Origin: Octopus sinensis
Lineage: Eukaryota
NCBI RefSeq assembly: GCF_006345805.1
Contig: NC_043007.1
Coordinates: 33,604,001 to 33,668,000 of the forward strand
Length of the DNA: 64,000 nt
Reading direction: 5' to 3'
Shown piece by piece: positions 53,522 through 64,000 of the stretch. The notes beneath the pieces were generated by a model. It was not told the DNA's origin, did no database searches, and saw only the letters and a program-made list of their open reading frames with translations. The position numbers were made by a program, and so were the translations under genes. How positions within the stretch are numbered: the first letter of the stretch is position 1; each line of letters opens with the position of its first letter.

Positions 53522-53837
53522 GATCTATCTTTTTGTTGTATTTCGCTTCCCCTACGTTGAGGGTAATGCTGTTTCTGCTGTGGAAAAAATCTTCGGTGGC
53601 TATACCAGAATAAGGAGCTATTTGTAGCACTAGAGTTAGCCACTTATCGTTAACTCTCTTATATTTATATATAAATTTGTACTCCCTGGTTTCTATGTGC
53701 TAGGCCACTTGGTGTTAAACTGACAGTATTATTAAATTAATATCTAATTTTTCACCTCATTTTATGAATGTATATATATATATATATATATTACCATGAT
53801 AAATATCAAAGTGAGTTATATACAGTAGCATTAACAC

Positions 53838-54024
53838 ATCGTGACGCATATTTGCCATTTCAATATGGCTACCCCTAGGGTGGATGCTACTGTAGTTTTT
53901 AGCGCCAGGAGGGCACAGAAAGTGTTACTATGGCCAGCTGGAGGAGGGTGTCCTCCTGGGCTAAAAACTACAGTAGCATCCACCCTTAGGGGTAGCCATA
54001 TGAAATGGCAAAATGCGTCACGAT
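53838..54024. repeat. GC-richer inverted repeat (~78-bp arms, ~30-bp spacer) ending in (TA)n
   Basis: CGTGACGCAT..TGGCTACCCCTAGGGTGGATGCTACTGTAGTTTTTAGC ... GCTAAAAACTACAGTAGCATCCACCCTTAGGGGTAGCCA..ATGCGTCACG. Confidence 0.92.
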
Positions 54025-54751
54025 ATATATTATATATATATATATATATGATTTTATTCATATCATACTCATATATATAAATCATTGTTCATCGTTTTAC
54101 ATCCATCTTCCATGGTGGCATAGGTTGGACAATTCGACAGAGGCTGGCCAGGCAGAAGGCCGCACCAGATTTCTATGTCTAATTTGGTATGGTTTTTATA
54201 ACTGAATGCACTAACCACCATGCAGAGTGAGGTGACTGAACTTTTTATGTGGAACCAGTAGAAACGAAGTAAATTTTTTACAGCTGGATGCCCTTGCAAA
54301 TGCCAATCACTTTACAGTGTGGACTGGAAGCTTTTTACATGGCACCACCACTGGCAGGGTCCCCTATAAGTGTACATATATATATACATATACATATAAT
54401 AGAAATATGTTTCAAAAAGAAAATAGAAACTACACATGGAAAAGATATGGGGAAAGTAGGAAGGAAAAGGTTTGCAAAAATTCATATTGAATATCAAAAA
54501 ATTAAAGGCTCTTTTATGAAAAGTAGTGATAAATATATAGAATTAAATGAACTGAGGTAGAACTAAGAGGAATAAAATTCATTATTTTGAATTGTTAAAG
54601 AGATTCGAAGTCAAACCGGTATCGTCATTGTTGTATATATATATATACCGGAGTAAGCACATAAATGTGAAACAAGGTGGAAAAAAGAGTACTCAAATAC
54701 AAGAGGTAGAGTAATATGCTTTATTTAAAAGCAGCAGAAATATAACAAAAG

Positions 54752-54789
54752 CTGTTACTCGGAGTTTCACGTTCTTATTCGTCAGACAG
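54752..54789 (-). ncRNA. Minimal type I hammerhead ribozyme motif
   Basis: Minus strand: CUGU-CUGACGA-AuaagaacgU-GAA-ACUC-c-GAGU-A-ACAG. Core boxes intact; two-arm consensus stem II is ACG-GGAA-CGU. Confidence 0.72.
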
Positions 54790-54813
54790 TTTTGTTAAAA
54801 TATTATTAACAAA

Positions 54814-54851
54814 CGGTCCGACAAACGGGAAAGCGAAACTCCGAGTAACAG
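54814..54851 (+). ncRNA. Minimal hammerhead motif (mirror copy, mutated)
   Basis: CGGU-CCGACAA-acgggaaagc-GAA-ACUC-c-GAGU-A-ACAG. Confidence 0.6.
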
Positions 54852-54985
54852 CTTTGTGTTATTTCTGCTGCTTTTAAATAAAGTATATATATATATTATA
54901 TAAAAAAATAAATAGTAGGGAATAAATCCAATTTACAGGGAAAAAAATCAGATTTAGGATTAAATCCAATTTTATAGTAAAATAT

Positions 54986-55152
54986 TATAAAATATTATTA
55001 GAGACAAAACCACTATTTTGCAAAACAAAAAGGAAAGACTTAATCAATACATAAAATTTTAATTTTGACTATTTATTAAATTTTATGTATTGATTAAGTC
55101 TTTCCTTGTTTGTTTTGCAAAATAGTGGTTTTGTCTCTAATAATATTTTATA
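54986..55152. repeat. Palindrome (~73-bp arms) in (TA)n; one arm repeated at 56770-56857
   Basis: AGAGACAAAACCACTATTTTGCAAAACAAA ... TTTGTTTTGCAAAATAGTGGTTTTGTCTCT. Confidence 0.9.
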
Positions 55153-55169
55153 TATATATATATATATGA

Positions 55170-55355
55170 TTGATCGCTAGAAACTAAAATCTTTTATTTT
55201 CTCTCTCTGTTTATATCTGTATTCCTTTCTGTTGAAGAGCATAGGCTCGAAATGTGAAAGACTTTCTCACTTCCTGAGCATTAAACAACATTGTTGTTTA
55301 CACACCCGTCTTTGTCATTTGTTTTGTTTGTTTTTTTTTTTGTAAATTCCAATAG
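55170..55355 (+). mobile_element. Family P copy
   Basis: CTTTCTGTTGAAGAGCATAGGCTCGAAATGTGAAAGACTTTCTC, between (TA)n tracts. Confidence 0.72.
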
Positions 55356-55419
55356 TATATATATATATATATAGGTTTGTATTTATGTATATATGTATTT
55401 GTTTCTGTTATTTTTTAAT

Positions 55420-55706
55420 TCTTTTAGTGGTTTGACTGTGGCCATGCTGGAGCACCAACTTTCAGTCGAACAATTCAACCCCAAGTCTTATTTTTGTAAG
55501 CCTAGTACTTACACACATACACACACACACATATATATATATATATACGACGGGCTTCTTTGAGTTTCTGTCTACCAAATCCACTCACAAGGCTTTGGTT
55601 GACCTGACACTATAGTAGACGACACTAGCCCAAGGTGCCACGCAATGGGACGGAATCCGGAACCATGTGGTTCGGAAGCAAGCTTCTTACCACGCAGCCA
55701 CTCCTG
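55420..55706 (-). mobile_element. SINE family A with internal deletion
   Basis: Tail joined directly to the internal microsatellite and head. Confidence 0.85.
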
Positions 55707-56362
55707 CATGCTTGTAAATCATCATCATCATCATCACTAATGATTAATGTGGTGACATGTGATCTATTGGTCTGAGGTGTTGCACTAATGAGCATAAGAT
55801 TGTGGTTTTGATTCCTGCACTGGGCATTGTGTTGTGTTTTGGAACAAAACAGTTCATTTCACACTGCTCCAGTCCACTCAGAGCAACAACAAACAATAAG
55901 TGCCATAGAAATGGCACAAGGAATTGGGCTTTATGAGCTTGTGGCTTGGAAAGGAGCTTTGATCCCATTTGTTATAAATCACTACTAACAGAAGTGAAAT
56001 TGAAACAGTGCATGTGTTCCTTTTGGTTGAAATGACCCTCCCAACATGATACAATTTATGTTTCATGGAACGTTTTACAAGAATTCTACAAAATGGATAC
56101 AAAAAGTAAATATAATTCATATGCATGTGTGTGTGAGTGTGCATGTGTGTGAGTGAATATATGTCAATATTAGTATTTTATAGGCTTAAAGCTTACTAGC
56201 GATCACTGTGCAATGACTAAAGAAAATAGTCTAATAATGTGGCATATAAGCCCCATTATTAGTCCATTTCTACAGTCATTGCACGATGATTGCTTATAAA
56301 CAATAAGCTTATAAAATACTATTGTAAAAAACATCAATGCTGCTTAACAAAAACCATCACAG

Positions 56363-56396
<34 letters not shown>

Positions 56397-56850
56397 CTCA
56401 CACACAAATATGTGTGTATGTATGTACGTATCTATGTGAGGGTATATGTGTGTTTGTGTGAATTGTATGATTCAAACAGAAAACCACAGAGCTACAAACA
56501 GTGAAGCTTGCTGTCATTTCCTTGACAACAAATCCTCTGTTGGCTCTGTGCTTTCAAGGAGATGTGGAATAAGAAAGCTGTGTCTTGAAAAGTAGGTAAA
56601 TGTAAGTGACAGGAGAGGCATCCAGCTGTAAAGAAGAATGCCTCAATATTGTAAATATGTGTGTGTGTGTGTGTGTATACACATATATACATATATCCAC
56701 AAACACATGAGTGTATATATGTATATTACATATATGTATATATATATATATATATATAGTGGCGGTTTTTTTTGACTATTTATTAAATTTTATGTATTAA
56801 TTAAGTCTTTCCTTGTTTGTTTTGCAAAATAGTGGTTTTGTCTCGAATAA

Positions 56851-56888
<38 letters not shown>

Positions 56889-57109
56889 CATATATATATA
56901 AATATAATATATATATATAAATATAAATATATATATTTATATATATATATATATATATAAATGTATATATAATATAGATATAAATATATATATATATAAA
57001 TATACGTATATATATATAATATACATATATATATAATATAAATATATATATATTAAAATATACATATATATATATATATATTATATAGAGGAGAGAGAGA
57101 GAGAGAGAC

Positions 57110-57148
<39 letters not shown>

Positions 57149-57867
57149 GATTGATACAATACACATATATACATAATTCACACACACATAAGCTTATCTA
57201 TATGTCTGTATATATGTGCCCGTATGTATGTTTGTGTGTGTGTGTGTGTGTGTATGTGTGTGCCCTTCCATGTGCATGTACGTGTATCGGTGCAGCCGAG
57301 ATTAATCCTTGGAAGTTTTAGCAACTACTAAATATTACTGCACGAAATATTACTACAGGAACAGATGTTATGAGAGCAAACGATACAAGAAGTATTGGAA
57401 GAGAGGAAGAGGGAGATGAAGAAGCAGGCAGGTGGAGGAGACAGGTAGAAAATCGATAAATAGATGCATCCATTATTTTGGTTCATGTGCTCAGAGCTGA
57501 ACTTAAACGTTAGTTATTTCTTTGGTTTTTATTACTTTCGTTGTGTGTATGTGTGTATGTGTGTCCTTTTTTTTTTTGAGCATGTGTGTGATTGGTTAAA
57601 TGAAGATGTCATTTTAACCTAGTACATTGGTTAAATCATTTGTTTATGTATTTTTATTCAAGTATCATATTTTATAAAGGGGGTGAACAATATCTTTGTT
57701 GGTTAGAGTTTCATGTTCCTCTCTTTGATGGTGAAAGTGTGACAAGAGTGTGTCAAACTTGATGTAAAAAACAAAGAAAAGAAACCTCTCACACAGGAGT
57801 TCATTTCTAAAAGATTTTTTTCTTTGTTTACACACATACACACGCACACATATATGTATGTTTATGT

Positions 57868-58360
57868 ATCATCATCATCATCATCATCATCATTTAGTGT
57901 CCGTTTTCCATGCTAGCATGGGTTGACGGTTCAACTGGGGTCTGTGAAGCCAGAAGGCTGCATCAGGCCCAGTCTGATCTGGCAGTGTTTCTACGGCTGG
58001 ATGCCCTTCCTAACGCCAACCACTCCGCGAGTGTAGTGGGTGCTTTTTACGTGCCACCCGCACAGGTGCCAGGTATAGTCTTTTATTCTTTTATTCTTTT
58101 GCTTGTTTCAGCCATGTGACTGTGGCCATGCTGGAGCACCATCTTAAAGTGTTCCAGTTGAACAAATCGATCCCTGGTAGCAATTAAGCACCCATTACAC
58201 TCTCAGAGTGGTTGGCATTAGGAAGGGCATCCATTCATAGAAACCATGCAAAACTAGACTGAAGTCTGGTGCAGCCCCTCAGCTTACCACCCCTGATCAA
58301 ACCATCCAACCCATGCCAGCATGGACAGTGGACATTAAATGATGATGATGATGATGATGA
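57868..58360. mobile_element. Two family D copies in inverted orientation (57868-58073 -, 58185-58360 +) around a family A tail fragment
   Basis: (CAT)n and (GAT)n tails at the outer ends; GGATGCCCTTCCTAA and its complement. Confidence 0.82.
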
Positions 58361-58424
58361 TATATTGTCCAGCATGGTAATGCTATGCTAGGTTGCCATC
58401 TTCAAGAAAAATAATATGATAATA

Positions 58425-58674
58425 ATGGTTTCAAATTTTGGCACAAGGCCAGGAATATCTGGGATGAAGAGTAAATTGATTACAATGACCTCAGTGCTCA
58501 ATTGGTACTCCATTAGTGATTATTTTATCAACTCATGAAAGATGAAAGGCAAAGCTGACCATGGCAAAATTTGAACTCAGAGTGTAAAGATGGATGAAAT
58601 GCTGTGAAGCATTTTGTCCAGTGTGCTAATGGTAATGCCTGCTGACCACCTTCAATAATAATAATAATAATAAT

Positions 58675-58710
<36 letters not shown>

Positions 58711-58895
58711 CATAATCATAATAATAATAATAATAATCATAATAATAATAATATAATTCATGATAATAATAATAATGATATGATTTTTGCACAAGGCTAG
58801 TAATTTTGGTGTAGAGGATAAGTCGGTTACACATCAACCCCAATACTTATTTTATCAACCCCAAAAGGAAAAAAAGCAAAGCTTACTTTGGCAGA

Positions 58896-58976
<81 letters not shown>

Positions 58977-59184
58977 TAATAATAATGATGATCATGATGA
59001 TCATGATGATCATGATGATTATGATGATGATCATGATGATCATGATATAACAATCATTTCAAGTTTTGGCACAAGGCCAGTAATATTGATGTAGAGGATA
59101 AGTCAGTTACATCAACCCCAATACGCAACTGGTACTCATTTTATCAACCCCAAAAGGATTAAAGGCAAAGTTGACCTTGGCCTA

Positions 59185-59220
<36 letters not shown>
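58425..59220 (-). mobile_element. Three family B (ATT-tail variant) fragments embedded in a long (TAA)n/(GAT)n tract
   Basis: TTTTG(G)CACAAGGC(C/T)AG recurs at 58437, 58786 and 59065. Confidence 0.7.
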
Positions 59221-59221
<1 letters not shown>

Positions 59222-59559
59222 TACCATTATTTCTGTTAGATCAATACATAGAATATGCAGTATTCCTACAACAGAGCATTGCTTGGATTTGGGAGTATTT
59301 AATGAACATTTAATGACTTTTTTTCTTTGAAGGAGCTTGGAGCTTTTTTATTATTTATTTCATTTTTATTTTATTTTATTTTATTGTTTTAATATTTTTT
59401 TTGTTGTTTTCAAATTACAAATTGTAGCAGCAAACAAATCCGCATCATTTTCCTACTTTCCACTTTCGTTTCTAGTTGCTGTTGTTGATGTTACGATTGT
59501 TACTATTTTCTGTTTTTGTATTCACTCCACTTGAATTCTCCTTCACTCTATCTTTTTTG

Positions 59560-60092
59560 CTTCTCTTGTGCTCTTTCTCCTCTCTCTCTCTCTCTCTCTC
59601 TCCTCTCTCTCTCAATCTTTCCTCTCACTCCCTTTTCTGTGTCAATCCATCTCCTTATTTTCATTCAGCTTCCTCTCACTTATTCAGGCTATCTATCTCT
59701 TCTGCTCTTTCTTCTCCTTCTTTTCTTGCTCCTCCTCCTCCTCCTCCTCATCATCATCATCATCATCCCTCATCCTCCCCCTCCCCCCCCTCCTTCTTCA
59801 TTTTCTTCTTCTGTTACATCATCTTCTCTACTTCCTCTTCTTCGTACATCTTCCTCTCCTCTGCTTTCCCATTTTTCTCCTCTTCCTTCTCCTTCCCCTC
59901 CTTTCCTACATTTTCCTTCCCCTTTCTTCTTCTTCTCCTCCTCTTCCTCTTCCTCCATCTTCATCTTCCCTTCCCCTTTCTCCTTCCCTCCCCTTCTTCC
60001 TCATTAATCTTCCCGCAGCAATCTTCAATCTTCCTTTCTCATTTCCTTCCTTCCTTCCTTTCTTCCTATTCCATCTCCTCATTTGATCTCTC
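59560..60092. repeat. ~530-bp polypyrimidine/polypurine low-complexity tract
   Basis: Mixed CT/CTT/CCT repeats. Confidence 0.9.
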
Positions 60093-60724
60093 AAGAGCTA
60101 AAGGATTTCAAACATATTTTCTATCTGTATTAAGAATGCAGTTCCACATGTCATCAGAGAACAAAATGTGTGACAGCCATTCTATGTAGAACATAATCAA
60201 AATCACAACTCAAGATTCTTTTGAACAGCTGATCAAAAATATTGAGAAACTCTGAGCACAACAGTTGCTTCACAACACTTTGTTTAAATTATCAGGAGTA
60301 CTGAAATGTAGTACCACCACACCTCACTCAGCTTTACAGAACACAAAAAGGGTTTTGTAGCATATTAGGAGGCCAGAGTAGTTGATTCCCGCAAAAAAAA
60401 AACGATTTGTTTTCTTAATGAAAATCATGTGAGTGTTGATCTATGACTGAAAATAGATTTTTACTGCTATCCACAGGTGCCTCAGGGAAAAAATAAGTTG
60501 ACAAGACCCAGGTAGGATGTTGACGAATATCCTCCTAAAATTGGAGCGACATGCGTGCTAATTTGTGGACGTGCATAAATTACAATCACGTACACACACA
60601 CACACACACACACATGATGCCTTTTGTAGATACATATATATATATATATATGTATGTATATCTTTATATGTGTGTGTGTGTGTGTGTGCAAGTGTCTTGT
60701 TAGTTAAGTAGTGCTCAATTTAAT

Positions 60725-60915
60725 TGTTAGCATGCTCGACAAAATGCTTAGTGACATTTTGTCTGTCTCTGTTCTGGGTTCAAATCCTGCCAGTTTTGAC
60801 TTTGCCTTCCATCATTTCAGGGTTGAAAAAATAGGTACCAGTTGGGCACTGGGGTTAATATAATTGACTTAACTCCACCTCTGAAATTGTTGACCTTGTG
60901 CTAAAATTTGAAACC
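60725..60915 (+). mobile_element. SINE family B, diverged
   Basis: GGTTCAAATCC..GACTTTGCCTTCCATC..GGTACCAGTTGGGCACTGGGG. Confidence 0.78.
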
Positions 60916-61363
60916 AATTAAATTCTGCTCTGGTTTCTTAGAAATGAATTTTACATACCAGTTATATAAGTACTGATTCCTTTCATAATAACATGCTTTC
61001 AAATAGAAATTTTGGCCAAGTGCCAAGATAAAAGTGATCTATATAGTTTTGTTTATCAGGAAAGTTTAATGACCCTAAGTGATTTTCATTCTCTGTTTAC
61101 ACAATTCCAATTGAAGCCTGCATTGTTTCAATGTAAATATTATACTCTGAAATCGATATATACCCAACTGATTTTTCTCATTCTATGCCTAATGCTAATA
61201 TCAATTAATTGAAATTTTGGTGTGTATTAACCCATGTGATGTGTAAATATTATATTTTTAATCTATTAAATAAACAACTGAAATATACTTTAAATATCAT
61301 ACATATCACATATGTATCACTCAATCTTTCATCACTATTTTCACATTCATGATAAAATTTATG

Positions 61364-61405
61364 CTTCACTGATGAGGTCATAATAAAGTTGACACATGTT
61401 TGAAG
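61364..61405 (+). ncRNA. Hammerhead remnant lacking the GAA box
   Basis: CUUCA-CUGAUGA-g-GUCA-uaauaaagu-UGAC-[missing CGAA]-ACAUGU-U-UGAAG. Confidence 0.35.
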
Positions 61406-62569
61406 TTGCCTTTCATACTTGTCAAAAATAATTTCTTAAAATATTAGTCATTGGCTAATATTGTTTATTTTTTGATACTTCATAACTCTTTTATTCATTT
61501 CTGTTACTGGAGATTTTAGGCATTGGACAGTGGCCATACGGGACTATCATCTTTAATGAAGTCAATGAATTCAACACTCAACATTCATTTCTGATTGGCA
61601 GATTTTTGCAAATATCTAATTATCAGATGGTTTAAATTATCTTTTGACATACAGTGATGCAACTTGACACACTGACTGGGCAATGTGTTGTGTTCTTGAG
61701 CAATACACTTCATTTCACGTTGCTCCAGTCCACTCAGCAGGCAAAAATTAGTAACACTGCAATGGACTGGCGACCCATCCAGCTGGGGAACACATACGCC
61801 ATTGAAACTGGGAAACAGGGCCCATGAGACTGGCTAGGCTTTAAAAAAAGGGCGCACATACATATATATATATATGTATGTATGTATGAATGTGTGTATG
61901 TATGTATATACACACTCACATACACATACTGAAATACGTACTTGCATATACTTAATTTTTAACTTAATTTTTTACCCTAAATGCATCAGGCCACATCTAA
62001 GTATATGATCTTCATGCCAAAGTCATGAAGAATTTATAGTTAAGTGTGGTCCAACATGAAAAAATGTTCTCTAGAAGCATTTGTTCTTGTCATTATTTTT
62101 ATATTTATATTTATGGCTAATCAGTTAATGTCTGCGACTTTCCATTACCCTGTAACTTGGTTATACAAATTTGAAATCGAAATTGATTAATTTACTGAAG
62201 TGCTGAAGTGCAATTGATGGATCTTTGGTTAGTAAAGTGATAACTTTGAATATGCTTCAGTCTTATTGACCTCCTCAGGATAACTTAGTTTAACACATAT
62301 CTACAAACAAGTGATAGAGAATGCAAACCATTCGCTGATTAAACAATTAAAAGAAATGGCATGGTTAATATTTCTTAGGGATGACATCTACAGGAAGAAC
62401 ATATAGATAAGTACAGACTAACACATATAACATAGTGAGAAATAGAAAAATATTACAAGGAAGAAAATAGAAAATGATAGCAGGATGCAGAAACTATATA
62501 AACTTTTCTGGCTCTCAGTTAAGTATAGAGCGTTTTAGTTAGCCTTTCAAACATCTATTGTATTCTTTT

Positions 62570-62792
62570 TTTTTACTTGTTTCAGTCATTTGACTGTGGC
62601 CATGCTGGAGCACTGCCTCGAAGGGTTTGTTTAGTCAAACAAATCAAAGTATTTTTAAGCCTATTACTTATTCTATTGGTCTATTTTACTGAACTGCTAA
62701 GTTAAGGGACAAAAGAACACCAGCATCAGTTGTCCAGTGATGGCAGGGGGACAAACAGGGACACATAGATGAATACATATGTCTATACATAC

Positions 62793-62823
<31 letters not shown>

Positions 62824-63180
62824 TGTATATAGGGAGAGTTTACAAAAAAAAACAGAAGACGAAGACAGGTGGTGTACAAAACAAACAGATGTATTAGTAT
62901 AACGCTCATATATAATAACAAAATAATAAATAAAACATATGCATATATACATACATACATGTACGTACCTACATCTGTATGTAAATATATATGCATATAT
63001 GGGTAATATATATATATACAATAGGCTTCTTTCAGTTACCATTTACCAAACTGGCTCACAAGGCTTTGGTCAGTATGAGGCTATAGTAGAAGACACTTGC
63101 CCAGTGTCATGCAGTGGGACAGAACCCAGAACCATGTGGTTAAGAAGCAAGCTTATTAACATATGGTCATGCCAGCACCT
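62570..63180 (-). mobile_element. SINE family A with a family P fragment (62830-62908) inside its internal microsatellite
   Basis: Tail at 62570-62765, head at 63020-63180. Confidence 0.8.
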
Positions 63181-64000
63181 ACAAACAACCATGTGTGCAC
63201 CTATCATTTTTATAATGACATTACAGGGTAGGTGTGAGATGCTAGATCTGGCAAGGTTTGAGCATAAAGCAGGTAGAATATTTCTGCTGGATATGATCAG
63301 TTTACATGCTAAAGGGTTAAGGGATTGTGTAGGAAAAGTATTGTAACCCCTACATAAATATGCAGTAAAATCTTCTAGTTAGCATTTCAAATGTTCTTTA
63401 TATGTTAGGTACGACATCTGCTTGAAGAACATATAGTTAAGTGAGCACTAACATAGATTGAAGTGAGCAAAAGCAATAAATATATAAATAAATGTATAAA
63501 TATACTACATTTAGTTTTCTAATGCCTGTTTAAGTATTGAGTAAAGTATTTCTAGATAACTTTCAACTGTTCTTTGTATGTAAACAATAGTTTTTAAGCA
63601 TTGTTTTATTGCCTAATTCCAGATGAATTTAGCCAGCAAATCTGTATATATAAACATTGTACTCTGAAACTATTCTATACAAAATGGACCATAAATAAGG
63701 TCATGAGTTCAAACCTTCATTGTGGGAGGTATTGTTTCTTATTTGTTGAAGATGTTTATGATGTAATTAGCAGCAATAGACTGTCAATCCAGGGGTATAT
63801 GAGGTCATTGTACTATAATTTATTGATAGTCAATTTGCCAAAAATCTCCTCAAATATAACTACCATCAGCAGCAACAGCAACCACCACCACCACCACCAC
63901 TACAACAACAACACCTGTGATCATCATCAACGTGATCATTTACACCACACAACCAGAATGCCACAAATAATAACAAAACAGGGACCACCACTGCCACCAC

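Larger units (their letters stand above)
53117..53765 (+). mobile_element. Large palindromic element (265-bp arms, 53117-53664) with a ~100-bp unpaired 3' extension; Penelope-like pseudo-LTR with inverted 5' copy
   Basis: Arms are nearly perfect reverse complements around a 14-nt loop (53382-53395). Hammerhead motif in each arm; (TA)n on both sides. Confidence 0.88.
54647..54887 (-). mobile_element. Asymmetric palindromic element (IR 54714-54887) with two hammerheads, in (TA)n
   Basis: CTTTATTTAAAAGCAGCAGAAAT ... ATTTCTGCTGCTTTTAAATAAAG, with an unpaired extension at 54647-54713. Confidence 0.8.

Noticed and set aside
59476-60189. 237-aa Ser/Phe/Pro-rich ORF
   Set aside because: Polypyrimidine low-complexity tract.
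7052-62996. Numerous ORFs rich in YI, CV, HT, poly-M, poly-I or poly-D
   Set aside because: Translations of (TA)n, (CA)n, (TACA)n, (GAT)n and (TAA)n microsatellites.
63215-63320. GCTAAAGGGTTAA end resembling a piggyBac-like MITE
   Set aside because: Matching left TIR not located.

Overview
AT-rich, microsatellite-saturated eukaryotic DNA with no recognisable intact protein-coding gene. The repeat repertoire points to an intronic or intergenic region of an octopus/coleoid cephalopod genome (inference from SINE types and microsatellite load). Almost all ORFs in the track are translated simple repeats or SINE read-throughs. Supported content: four high-copy SINE-like families, several with clear target-site duplications; fragments of R4/Dong, RTE and CR1/L2-group LINEs; an internally deleted mariner; small MITE-like elements; 70-bp and 28-bp minisatellites; and a 100-N gap. 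The main signal is a dense set of short ORF-less inserts sitting in or beside (TA)n tracts. Many are long inverted repeats, and about 10 sites carry minimal type-I hammerhead-ribozyme motifs with a palindromic stem III. Three palindromes (11.9 kb, 53.1-53.7 kb, 54.7 kb) carry a hammerhead on each arm. They are best explained as Penelope-like pseudo-LTR or retrozyme-type non-autonomous retroelements from several distinct families. All folds and translations were done by eye; no searches were run.
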